Made by a program: the position numbers and the translations under genes | In this document: positions 1 through 8,537 of the stretch, piece by piece | Layout of the letters: every line of letters starts with the position of its first letter | Numbering within the stretch: position 1 is the first letter of the stretch | Origin: a virus | Direction: 5' to 3' (one strand) | Virus record (IMG/VR): IMGVR_UViG_3300025127_000013 | Location: 66,762-130,761 of that record | DNA length: 64,000 nt | Notes under the pieces: generated by a model | The model's database searches: none | Told to the model about the DNA's origin: nothing | The model's input: only the letters and a program-made list of their open reading frames with translations

Positions 1-604
1 ATCAAATGATCTCACAGAAATTTCCAAATTGCAAAAAGAATCTGTATCACCTGCTAGATTTATTGATGTTTACAGAATAAGTGATAAGCCTAAATCTTTT
101 AGTGATTTTGAAGGTAATTTAATTACTACCATTGACAAGAAAATAAAAAACCATAACAATGCATATAAATTTTGCAGATATAGTGATATAGTAAAGTCAA
201 ATCAGAAATATTATTATTTGTTCAAAACAAGAAATGAACTTGGTGTTGAAGGTCATGTAAGTCAAATTATTGAAGCGGAATTGATAAATGACGGCGGATA
301 TAAATATGCTACATTTGATGTTGTTAATAAAAGTGAAATGCTTGTTGACAAATTTAAAAACATTTCTGAATCTGTAAGTAGAATCTTGCAAGTTAGTCCT
401 AAAATTTCTCAAATTAGCTTTGATGATTCAGAAGTTGACTATTCTAAGACTGCAGCATCGCAGATTGATAAAATCAAAATTGGTGTAGCAGATGATTTAA
501 TATGGAATAAGACTTTTAAATTGAGACTAACATCAAAGAAAACAGGCAAAAAAATAGATTTAAACATTACTTATAGTGAACCAAATGCAAATTTGGACGA
601 ATAA
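1..604 (+). CDS. Hypothetical protein, 5'-truncated (probably structural/baseplate region)
   Basis: Frame is open from position 2 to the stop at 604; no recognisable motif; precedes structural genes. Confidence 0.6.
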   Translation, partial: SNDLTEISKLQKESVSPARFIDVYRISDKPKSFSDFEGNLITTIDKKIKNHNNAYKFCRYSDIVKSNQKYYYLFKTRNELGVEGHVSQIIEAELINDGGYKYATFDVVNKSEMLVDKFKNISESVSRILQVSPKISQISFDDSEVDYSKTAASQIDKIKIGVADDLIWNKTFKLRLTSKKTGKKIDLNITYSEPNANLDE

Positions 605-617
605 CTAAAAACTAGTA

Positions 618-624
618 CTATTTA
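618..624 (+). promoter_or_regulatory. Putative late promoter motif CTAnTTA
   Basis: TACTATTTAT just upstream of RBS GAGGT and ATG 642; same motif recurs before most virion genes. Confidence 0.65.
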
Positions 625-641
625 TAAGAAGAGGTAATAAT

Positions 642-1646
642 ATGGCATTTTTGGATAATTCAGGAGACATCATACTTGATGCAGTTCTCACCGATGTTGG
701 TCGTAAAAGAATGGCACAAGGAGATTTTAGAATCTCTAAGTTTTCAGTTGGCGATGATGAAATAGATTACCAACTTTACAACAAAAACCATCCTTCTGGT
801 TCTGCATATTATGATTTAGAAATCCTTCAAACACCAGTACTGGAAGCATTTACACAGGTTAATGCAAATATCAATTATGGGTTAACTACCTACTCAAATC
901 AAAATTTGCTTTATTTGCCGTCTATTGTTCTTAATGATAAAACAACAGTTGGGACCATCGCGGTTAAATCAAATGGTGTGATTTATCTTTGCGATAACGG
1001 AACAACTGACCCTACCACTGGTCAGGGAACATCTGACAGATTATCAAATGACAGTAACATCACCAATGTGCTGATTGGTTCTTCAGACGGCAACAATGTT
1101 ATTTTAATTGAGACAGGAATTAGTACAACTGACCTTACACCTTCATCGACTAATCAATCGCAATTTATAGTTACCAACGGATTACTAGATAACAGTTTTA
1201 TGGTTAGTTTTGATTCAAGATTTATATCAGCGGTACAGTCGATCAGTTTAGGTTCTACATTAACTAATGCATCGGCTGTTGGTGATGGAAAACTTACTTT
1301 TACTGGGTTTGATACCTTAACCGGTGATTCAATTGATAATATTGTTGAGAATTATAGAAGAGCATCAGCAAACGGTTTTATAAATCAAATTTACGAAAAT
1401 GTTGTCGGTTCTGTTGATAAAAGTCTTAATTCTTCAGCTATAACCGGCCCACGAGCAAGTTTCTGTGGTTTATCCTTTTTGATTCAGGACATATCACAAC
1501 AGGATTATATTGACTTTGGTAAAACTAATCAAACCCAAGGCCCCGGCACGGAAACATACGACTTTATTGATACGACAGTTTATGTTCGCGGTGCATCAAC
1601 AAATGTCACATTACAGCTTCCAATTAGAATTATTAAACTGTCATAA
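642..1646 (+). CDS. Virion structural protein (baseplate/tail-associated)
   Basis: N-terminal LDNSGDIILDAVLTDxGR...FxxGDDEIDY segment resembles structural proteins of large myophages; S/T/G-rich; late motif upstream. Confidence 0.6.
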   Translation: MAFLDNSGDIILDAVLTDVGRKRMAQGDFRISKFSVGDDEIDYQLYNKNHPSGSAYYDLEILQTPVLEAFTQVNANINYGLTTYSNQNLLYLPSIVLNDKTTVGTIAVKSNGVIYLCDNGTTDPTTGQGTSDRLSNDSNITNVLIGSSDGNNVILIETGISTTDLTPSSTNQSQFIVTNGLLDNSFMVSFDSRFISAVQSISLGSTLTNASAVGDGKLTFTGFDTLTGDSIDNIVENYRRASANGFINQIYENVVGSVDKSLNSSAITGPRASFCGLSFLIQDISQQDYIDFGKTNQTQGPGTETYDFIDTTVYVRGASTNVTLQLPIRIIKLS

Positions 1647-1664
1647 ATATAACGGAGATTTTAA

Positions 1665-2798
1665 ATGCCAGCAAATTACGAACCACTTGATGTCAATACC
1701 GACTCAACAACCACAAAGACTATCTTACATGAAGTAATTCCATTAACCGGAACTATTGTAAGTGGTACATACGACAGTCCAGATGGCACATCTTTTAACA
1801 TTAAGAATTATACTCATGGTATGTTTCAATCAGTCTATGATTATCCATTCCTTAGTTCTTCTGCAAACCACATATTTGACTTAACAGTTTGTATACATTC
1901 TGGTTCTTCTTTAAGCTCGTCCACTCCCGGCACCCAACAAGCCAAGAAAATTAATACATATACACAGTTTGCTCAAGTTCTTCTCGGCTTTGAAGACACT
2001 GGATTAAACACAGTTGAAGTCTTTGAACCTGATCTGAACATCACTGACAACAACAACCAAATGAAAGAAGTATTTGTTATTCCTTTCTCGCGACTTGTAA
2101 CAAAAGATCAGATTAAGAAAGGTTCTTTTTCTATCACTCTTGGAACTGGCTCGCATGCCTTCCCATTTGATAGCGGGGCCCCCGGAGATTCAAGACTGAA
2201 AATTCAAGATCTCTCAGCTAGTGAGCAAGGCGGAACATCACCACATGTCGGCGGAGACTATGGTGTATTATATGTCTCCTCTGGTAGTCAACCATTTGCA
2301 ACTAATCTTGTACCTGCGGGCCACGGCCCGGCCAATGCCGAAGATGATCACTTGGCGGTTGGAGCAGTATTCTATCAAGCCGGTATCGCTGTTATAACTG
2401 GTTCTGTTTTTGATCAAGTAAGTGGATCTTTTATAACAACTGGTGGCGATACTGCAACATTCTCTGATGCCATAACAGGATCAGCTATTAGTGCCTCTTG
2501 TGATGCTATCAGACACAGAATCGGCGATATATCGTTTAACAACTCCACAGAAATCAACTCTACAATTTACTTCTGCAGATTACCTGTTAATAAGTTTAAC
2601 TATAGCACAAACCCAACATATACAAGCGGCAGTAAAATACAAGTAAAAAGAACTGCAAGTGATTTACCAATCGCTTATGTGTCTACGATTGGATTGTATA
2701 ATACCAGAAATGAATTGTTGGCCGTCGCAAAACTTTCCGAACCTCTTAAGAAGACACCACAGAATGAGTTGACAATTAGAGTTCGATTGGACTACTAA
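1665..2798 (+). CDS. Baseplate/tail-collar-like structural protein
   Basis: C-terminal FNYSTNPTY...IGLYN..NELLAVAKLSEPLKK...IRVRLDY; paralogous to next ORF; RBS GGAG. Confidence 0.65.
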   Translation: MPANYEPLDVNTDSTTTKTILHEVIPLTGTIVSGTYDSPDGTSFNIKNYTHGMFQSVYDYPFLSSSANHIFDLTVCIHSGSSLSSSTPGTQQAKKINTYTQFAQVLLGFEDTGLNTVEVFEPDLNITDNNNQMKEVFVIPFSRLVTKDQIKKGSFSITLGTGSHAFPFDSGAPGDSRLKIQDLSASEQGGTSPHVGGDYGVLYVSSGSQPFATNLVPAGHGPANAEDDHLAVGAVFYQAGIAVITGSVFDQVSGSFITTGGDTATFSDAITGSAISASCDAIRHRIGDISFNNSTEINSTIYFCRLPVNKFNYSTNPTYTSGSKIQVKRTASDLPIAYVSTIGLYNTRNELLAVAKLSEPLKKTPQNELTIRVRLDY

Positions 2799-2799
2799 T

Positions 2800-4068
2800 A
2801 TGTCTTACCGTAAGTTCGGTAAAAACGATATTCTCCTCAATACAATGAGGACATATCCTGTTGTTGACTTTTTTGTTTACAATGGCAACATTTATTTCAA
2901 CAACAATAGACACGAATCTGGTTCGTTTTCTGATAATATATTGGGAATTAGTAGCAGTTTCAGCGGTGGTGTTAGCTTATATGAATATAACATCGATCGG
3001 CTGACGGGTTCAAACAACTTTAGTTATCCTTACATTACAAAACAATCTGCTGGTGCCTCATTTAAAACCGTAAGTTCAACAAGGGCATCCACTGAGTTTC
3101 AATATGGCGATAGAATAAATGGGTCTTATCCAATGACTGCTTCGATATCTAGAGAGTTGATGTCTCCACAAGCTGGCATGAGAGAGTCGCTGATCAATAA
3201 TGAAACTGGAGGCTCTACTCCAAATGCCGGCCGTCCAAAATATCGACACTTTTATGCACTTAAAAATATTTTAAATGCAAATGCACAATTAAGTGAACAT
3301 TATAGTGTAACTTCTGATTTAGGATCCGGCTGGAACAAAGCTGAGCAAATAATCAACACACTTTATATCCCGTCTATATTTTACGGCAGCAGAGTTAATC
3401 CGGGCTCTGTAAGCCTAAAGTGGTATGTTAGTGGTACTCTCGCCGCAGAACTAAGAGATACAAAAGAAAACGGAGAGTTAATAGAAGTCAGCAGCTCGAA
3501 CTCAACTGGTAACGGTTTAGTAGCTGGGGTGGTTCTTTATGATCAAGGCATTATCATGCTCACAGGCTCTTGGGATGTAGACCCAGCATCATCACTTCCA
3601 TTAATTGATGGAACACCAGCAGGGGGTAATGTAAGCCCGAAATGGATATACTTTGGTATTGGTGGGAATGATGGAACTAATCCTGATACATTTACTCAAC
3701 ATTTTGGTTCTGCATCTTTTGGAATCAAATTTGAAGGTCACACGGAAACACAAGTGTGTACAATGTTTGCTAAAGCCGGCCGCGGCCAAGTAAATTACTC
3801 TAATAATCCGTCATTTATTGAGAGAGGCCAAAGTTATCTTTTGAGATCTTCTTCAAGTGTTTATGAAGAAAACCCAAACAGAAAAATTAAAAATATCAAT
3901 TCATCTAGTTTTGCAACACACAACGAATCGTTTGAAAGACAAGTATATATTTCAAGAGTTGCAATATACGACGAAAACAAGAACTTAATGGGTGTTGCCA
4001 CTTTATCAAACCCGGTCTTGAAAAAAGAAGACGAAGATTTTACATTTAAATTAAAACTGGATATATAG
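2800..4068 (+). CDS. Baseplate/tail-collar-like structural protein (paralogue of 1665..2798)
   Basis: C-terminal NYSNNPSF...VAIYDENKNLMGVATLSNPVLKK...FKLKLDI. Confidence 0.65.
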   Translation: MSYRKFGKNDILLNTMRTYPVVDFFVYNGNIYFNNNRHESGSFSDNILGISSSFSGGVSLYEYNIDRLTGSNNFSYPYITKQSAGASFKTVSSTRASTEFQYGDRINGSYPMTASISRELMSPQAGMRESLINNETGGSTPNAGRPKYRHFYALKNILNANAQLSEHYSVTSDLGSGWNKAEQIINTLYIPSIFYGSRVNPGSVSLKWYVSGTLAAELRDTKENGELIEVSSSNSTGNGLVAGVVLYDQGIIMLTGSWDVDPASSLPLIDGTPAGGNVSPKWIYFGIGGNDGTNPDTFTQHFGSASFGIKFEGHTETQVCTMFAKAGRGQVNYSNNPSFIERGQSYLLRSSSSVYEENPNRKIKNINSSSFATHNESFERQVYISRVAIYDENKNLMGVATLSNPVLKKEDEDFTFKLKLDI

Positions 4069-4080
4069 TAAAATATTGCT

Positions 4081-4647
4081 ATGATTTTAGGTGTAGATGT
4101 ATCAACTAGCATTACAGGATTTGCGGTAGTCGCAGATGAACAACTGGTTTATTACGATTCAATTGATTTAAGAAAATACAAAAATGTTTTTGATAAAACA
4201 ATAGTCATTAAAGAAAAGATACTAGACTTGTATGAAATGTATCAGCTTAATAATGATGACAGTTCTTCGGCAGGGTTTGGAGATTCCGAGTTTCCCATTG
4301 AACATATTTATGTTGAGCAGCCATTTACATTTTTTAATTCTGGTGGTTCTTCCGGCAAGACTATGGCAGCTTTACAGAAATTCAATGGTATTGTATCTTG
4401 GTTACTGTTTGAAATATTCGAGATAAGACCGGAATACATTGGTGCTACCTCTGCAAGAAAACAAGTGGGCATTAAAGTGCCCCGCGGAAAGAAAGCCAAA
4501 CAAGTAGTTTTGGAACACTTGCTTGAAACAGAGCCAGCATTTAACATCGAATATACAAAACATGGTAATCCAAGACCAGAGTCGTATGATCGTGCCGATG
4601 CAATTGTGATTGCAAAGGCGGGCTATAATTTAAAAAATGCTTCCTAG
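4081..4647 (+). CDS. ruvC: RuvC-like Holliday junction resolvase
   Basis: MILGVDVSTSITGFAVV (catalytic D), IYVEQP (E), DRADAIVIA (DxxD): RNase H-fold RuvC pattern. Confidence 0.85.
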   Translation: MILGVDVSTSITGFAVVADEQLVYYDSIDLRKYKNVFDKTIVIKEKILDLYEMYQLNNDDSSSAGFGDSEFPIEHIYVEQPFTFFNSGGSSGKTMAALQKFNGIVSWLLFEIFEIRPEYIGATSARKQVGIKVPRGKKAKQVVLEHLLETEPAFNIEYTKHGNPRPESYDRADAIVIAKAGYNLKNAS

Positions 4648-4654
4648 TTAATAT

Positions 4655-4903
4655 GTGGATAAGCCAGAACAACTTTCAAAATTTAAGATTGCTGATATTG
4701 TTATAGAAAGCGAACTTATAGTGCCCTCCGATAGACCACATTGGACAGGTTTGGTTTTAAGTATCGAAGAAGATGCTTGGACATTTAGCACATTATATAA
4801 TTTGGAGACCCAAGATAGAGTTGTTGTTTTGTGGCTTAATACTGGTGTAATAGAAGAGCTGCCATCATCAGTTCTTTTGCTAGAATACAGAAGTGAAGAA
4901 TAA
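4655..4903 (+). CDS. Small hypothetical protein (SH3/KOW-like, FKIADIV)
   Basis: ORF fills the gap; GTG start 4 nt after a CTAGTTA motif, no SD. Confidence 0.55.
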   Translation: MDKPEQLSKFKIADIVIESELIVPSDRPHWTGLVLSIEEDAWTFSTLYNLETQDRVVVLWLNTGVIEELPSSVLLLEYRSEE

Positions 4904-4909
4904 AAGTAG

Positions 4910-4938
4910 TTGACTTCTTAAGCACTACCTGTTACATT
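4910..4938 (+). promoter_or_regulatory. Sigma70-type promoter
   Basis: TTGACT-N17-TACATT with extended TG, upstream of GGAGG RBS of uvsE. Confidence 0.7.
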
Positions 4939-4954
4939 ATGTTTGGAGGTTATT

Positions 4955-5887
4955 ATGAATCACTTGGGTTATGCCTGCATTAATATGGGCTTTTCATCGC
5001 TGCCAAAGAAACAACGGATTACGACAAACCGCAGCATGATTAGAAGAACATTCGACGATCGCGGTATTGATTATGCATCTGAATTAGCATTACAAAATCT
5101 TCGTGACCTGTACACAATTCTAGAGTGGAATTTACAGCACGATATTTACTTTTACCGACTGTCATCAGACATTATACCGTGGGCTTCAGAGTATAGTTTG
5201 GAAAGCATGCCTAATTTCGGTGCAATTCATGCTGCAGCATTGAAAGCTGGTAACTTTGCTCGCAAACACGGCATGCGACTTACAGCACACCCCGGCCCAT
5301 TTAACAAGCTTGCATCACCAAAGGAGCGAGTATTTGAGCTTACAAAAACTGATTTATCTATCCATGGTGAGTTATTTGATCTAATTGGTCTTCCTCGTAC
5401 TCCGTATGCAAAACTCAACATTCATGTGGGTGCTGCTTACGGTGATAAGCCATTCGCACTCGATAACTTTTGTAGAAACTTTGAACGGTTGCCTGAGTGT
5501 GTTCGCTCTCGCTTGACTGTTGAGAATGATGACAAGGAATCTTTGTATTCAACTCAGGAACTTTATGAAGGAGTTTACAAGCGAATTGGCATTCCGATTG
5601 TATTTGACTATCATCATCATATGCTTCACACCGGTGGGCAAACTGAGCAGGAAGCTCTAGAGCTTGCATTGTCTACTTGGGGTGACATCAAGCCTGTTGT
5701 TCATTATTCAGAGTCCCGTTGCCTTGAACACAACAATCCTAAGATTAAGCCACAAGCACACTCTGACTTAGTGTATAATACCTTGAACAACTATGGTCAT
5801 GAGTTTGATATCATGATTGAAGCTAAACATAAAGAGTTGGCACTGTTCCGATATCGGGAGAACGAAAAGTGTCTGATCGCAAAGTGA
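4955..5887 (+). CDS. uvsE: UV DNA damage endonuclease (UvsE/UVDE)
   Basis: LGYACIN, FYRLSSDI, HPGPF, NIHVG, RLTVENDDK, IVFDYHHH, HYSES, AHSD, DIMIEAKHKELA motifs; ATG 4955 follows GGAGG. Confidence 0.93.
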   Translation: MNHLGYACINMGFSSLPKKQRITTNRSMIRRTFDDRGIDYASELALQNLRDLYTILEWNLQHDIYFYRLSSDIIPWASEYSLESMPNFGAIHAAALKAGNFARKHGMRLTAHPGPFNKLASPKERVFELTKTDLSIHGELFDLIGLPRTPYAKLNIHVGAAYGDKPFALDNFCRNFERLPECVRSRLTVENDDKESLYSTQELYEGVYKRIGIPIVFDYHHHMLHTGGQTEQEALELALSTWGDIKPVVHYSESRCLEHNNPKIKPQAHSDLVYNTLNNYGHEFDIMIEAKHKELALFRYRENEKCLIAK

Positions 5888-6096
5888 AAGTTGGAGACTT
5901 AATTAGAAGAACTATTTATAGTCCTATTCCTCCTCCAAAGCAAATTAATTTTAAATTTACTGAGGTAGAAGACTGTGGTATAGTAATAAGGGTAGAACCA
6001 AATAGTGATACAATTCATGCCTTGTTTTTCAAACAAAGTAACTTGGGCCCGATCCCGATAAGAGAAGGTTTTTATACTATTATAGGTGACGAATGA
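5869..6096 (+). CDS. Small hypothetical protein (KVGDL, SH3-like)
   Basis: Overlaps both neighbours; VKVGDLIR...GIVIRV pattern. Confidence 0.55.
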   Translation: MSDRKVKVGDLIRRTIYSPIPPPKQINFKFTEVEDCGIVIRVEPNSDTIHALFFKQSNLGPIPIREGFYTIIGDE

Positions 6097-7031
6097 AAAA
6101 TGCAGAAGCTAAGAAAATATTACAAGGAGTACTTGGAAGATGCTCTGACAAAGGTAGTGAACTACTTTTCAGTTGTCCGGTCTGCAATCATCACAAAAAT
6201 AAGTTTTCTGTCAATATTAATAAGAATGTTTATAAGTGTTGGATTTGTGATTATAGGGGCCGTAATATTAGGCGTATTGTGCGTCGGTTTGGCAACCACA
6301 ACCAACTTGCTTCGTGGGACCAACTATTCGGGCGGCAAGATTTGGAAAGATTCGCTGATCTCTTTATGGAATCAAAGCCTGAAGAAGTCGTACAAAAATT
6401 AGAATTGCCAGACGAGTTTATAAGCTTAGCTACCGATAACTTGCCAGCCACATCTATTTATGCTTTTAATTATCTTTTAAAAAGAGGTGTAACTAAAGCT
6501 GACATACTAAAATGGAAAATAGGATATTGTTTTAGTGGTGAATACCGAAATAGAATAATTGTGCCATCGTTTGATGAAGATGGCGATGTAAGCTACTTTA
6601 TTGCTAGATCTTATAGTGGCGATTCTTACAAGTATAAAAATCCAAGAGCCTCAAAAAATATTACTTTTAATGAACTATATATCGACTGGAATAAAGACCT
6701 AGTATTGGTCGAAGGAGTATTTGATGCACTGGTCGCCGGAAATGCTGTTCCTATATTGGGTTCAACCCTACGGTCAGGGTCCGACTTATTACGAAAGATT
6801 GTACGAAACGACACCCCAATCTACATCGCACTCGATCCCGATGCAGCCAAAAAAGAAAGAAGGATTATTAAAATGCTTCTTGAGTACGACATTGAACTTT
6901 ACAAAGTAGATGTATCTGGATATGAAGATGTTGGTTCAATGCCAAAATCTATTTTTGACGAAAGAAAAAGACAAGCCAAGTTTATAGATACAGAAAACTA
7001 TCTGTTGCTTGACATGTTATCGGCAGTATAA
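6093..7031 (+). CDS. DNA primase (gp61/DnaG-like)
   Basis: Zn ribbon CPVC...CWIC, RIIVP, YKYKNP, Toprim LVEGVFDAL and LDPD. Confidence 0.88.
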   Translation: MKNAEAKKILQGVLGRCSDKGSELLFSCPVCNHHKNKFSVNINKNVYKCWICDYRGRNIRRIVRRFGNHNQLASWDQLFGRQDLERFADLFMESKPEEVVQKLELPDEFISLATDNLPATSIYAFNYLLKRGVTKADILKWKIGYCFSGEYRNRIIVPSFDEDGDVSYFIARSYSGDSYKYKNPRASKNITFNELYIDWNKDLVLVEGVFDALVAGNAVPILGSTLRSGSDLLRKIVRNDTPIYIALDPDAAKKERRIIKMLLEYDIELYKVDVSGYEDVGSMPKSIFDERKRQAKFIDTENYLLLDMLSAV

Positions 7032-7039
7032 GGAGTATT

Positions 7040-7531
7040 ATGAGTCAAGAAGCAAAAGACTATATTAACAATGTATTATCTGAAAAACGACAAGAGTTTA
7101 ATAATAAAGCTGTTTGCCCGTTTGCAAAGCCAGAACTTGATGCAAATAAATTGATGATAGCCACCGTTAGTAAAGAAAAAAATTTAGATGTGCTAATTGA
7201 TGAGTTTCACAACTCTGATTACGAAAGTGCTTTGTTAATAATTAAAGATAATGTGCCAGCTTCACAAACTAAAAAGTTTCAAATATTTGTTAACAAAGTT
7301 TTAAAGAAAAAAGGGCTAAAACAATATAAGAACATATGCTTTAATCCAAACGACAAAGTTTCTGTTGAAGGATACAATCCTCGTTCACGAGCACCCTTTT
7401 TCATGATAAACATTGCAGACAAGAAAGTTTTATCCAAGGGACACAGAACACTTAGAAGAACCAACTACTACGAGAAGCTGCCGCCAGAATACCTAAAATT
7501 CTTGCAAGTAGACCTTAACGACAAAACTTAG
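7040..7531 (+). CDS. Hypothetical protein (CPFA motif)
   Basis: Good RBS AGGAG; VCPFAK motif reminiscent of DUF1415-like proteins. Confidence 0.6.
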   Translation: MSQEAKDYINNVLSEKRQEFNNKAVCPFAKPELDANKLMIATVSKEKNLDVLIDEFHNSDYESALLIIKDNVPASQTKKFQIFVNKVLKKKGLKQYKNICFNPNDKVSVEGYNPRSRAPFFMINIADKKVLSKGHRTLRRTNYYEKLPPEYLKFLQVDLNDKT

Positions 7532-7555
7532 TAAGCTATTTTAAATAATTTTTTA

Positions 7556-7562
7556 CTATTTA
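7556..7562 (+). promoter_or_regulatory. Putative late promoter motif CTAnTTA
   Basis: TACTATTTAT followed by RBS GAGGT. Confidence 0.6.
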
Positions 7563-7578
7563 TTGCGAGGTATTTATT

Positions 7579-8388
7579 TTGATAATTAAAGAAAATAGAT
7601 TAAAACAAATCATTCGTGAAGAAGTAGAGCTTCGGATTGTAAAACAGACAATCTCAGAAGTGATTGTGGAAATGCAACTTGGACTGACCCAAGAGCAACA
7701 ACTTATTCTTGAACAAAGTGTGCTTGATGCAATTAAAAGTGCTGCTAGGAAAGCTGCTGTGCCGATTACTGTTATGGCAGCACTTGCTTTTGGAGGTCAA
7801 GTAGCTTCTAATGTCCAGCAGTTAGACGGTATTGGTGTGACACCAACTGCTGCTCAACAAATTGATAATGCGATTGAAGCCGGTCAAAATATGTCTGATG
7901 CTAGAGCCGAGTTTATTCAAAATGCTATCGACTCTAGTTCTCGCGAAGGCGAAATACCGGCAGACTTAGCAAAAGGTGTTGGTGCTGATAATGCCAAAGA
8001 CATTGCTATGGATCGGCTTGAAGCTGAATTTGTTTCAAAAGGTGATGTTGAAAGCACAGGTAAAATGCAACAAACTGCACGGGGCGGTGTATACATCACA
8101 TATGTTCCATATGATAGTCTTCCTGAAGGCTTTAAAGACACATTTACTCGCGGTGCAGAAAAAGAAGATCTTAAGCAATACTATCAGACTATGGACATAC
8201 AAGAATTGGCAGATCTAGTAAGGGACTTTAATAAGTGGGGCTCCGAAGGTCAAGGAAGTTTTTACAATTCTGAGTCAACCGGAACAAAGCTTCTACCTTC
8301 ATCTTGGTCAATTGCATATAAAGCATGGCAAGACAAAACTGCAGACCGCGGTGCTAAGGGCAAAAGCTTAGCTAAAGAAAGTTCTTGA
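7579..8388 (+). CDS. Hypothetical late protein with N-terminal 'LKQIIREE' helix (candidate internal head protein)
   Basis: MIIKENRLKQIIREEVE resembles the N-termini of 12835, 13525 and 16090; late motif upstream. Confidence 0.6.
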   Translation: MIIKENRLKQIIREEVELRIVKQTISEVIVEMQLGLTQEQQLILEQSVLDAIKSAARKAAVPITVMAALAFGGQVASNVQQLDGIGVTPTAAQQIDNAIEAGQNMSDARAEFIQNAIDSSSREGEIPADLAKGVGADNAKDIAMDRLEAEFVSKGDVESTGKMQQTARGGVYITYVPYDSLPEGFKDTFTRGAEKEDLKQYYQTMDIQELADLVRDFNKWGSEGQGSFYNSESTGTKLLPSSWSIAYKAWQDKTADRGAKGKSLAKESS

Positions 8389-8413
8389 CAGCACATCTCT
8401 ACAATGTTATAGT
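8385..8413 (+). promoter_or_regulatory. Sigma70-type promoter
   Basis: TTGACA-N17-TATAGT with extended TG. Confidence 0.75.
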
Positions 8414-8433
8414 ATATTTATAAGAGGGCACAC

Positions 8434-8529
8434 ATGTTTGGTTTTATCGCAGACACACTTGTAAAAGCTATTTTTATTTACACATCATGGTATGGCTTTA
8501 ATGCCTTCTTTTGGATGTTGTTAAATTAG
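8434..8529 (+). CDS. 31-aa hydrophobic/aromatic microprotein (not in ORF track)
   Basis: MFGFIADTLVKAIFIYTSWYGFNAFFWMLLN*, RBS GAGGG, first ORF after the promoter; its stop overlaps the AGGAG RBS of the next gene. Confidence 0.55.
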   Translation: MFGFIADTLVKAIFIYTSWYGFNAFFWMLLN

Positions 8530-8537
8530 GAGAATTT

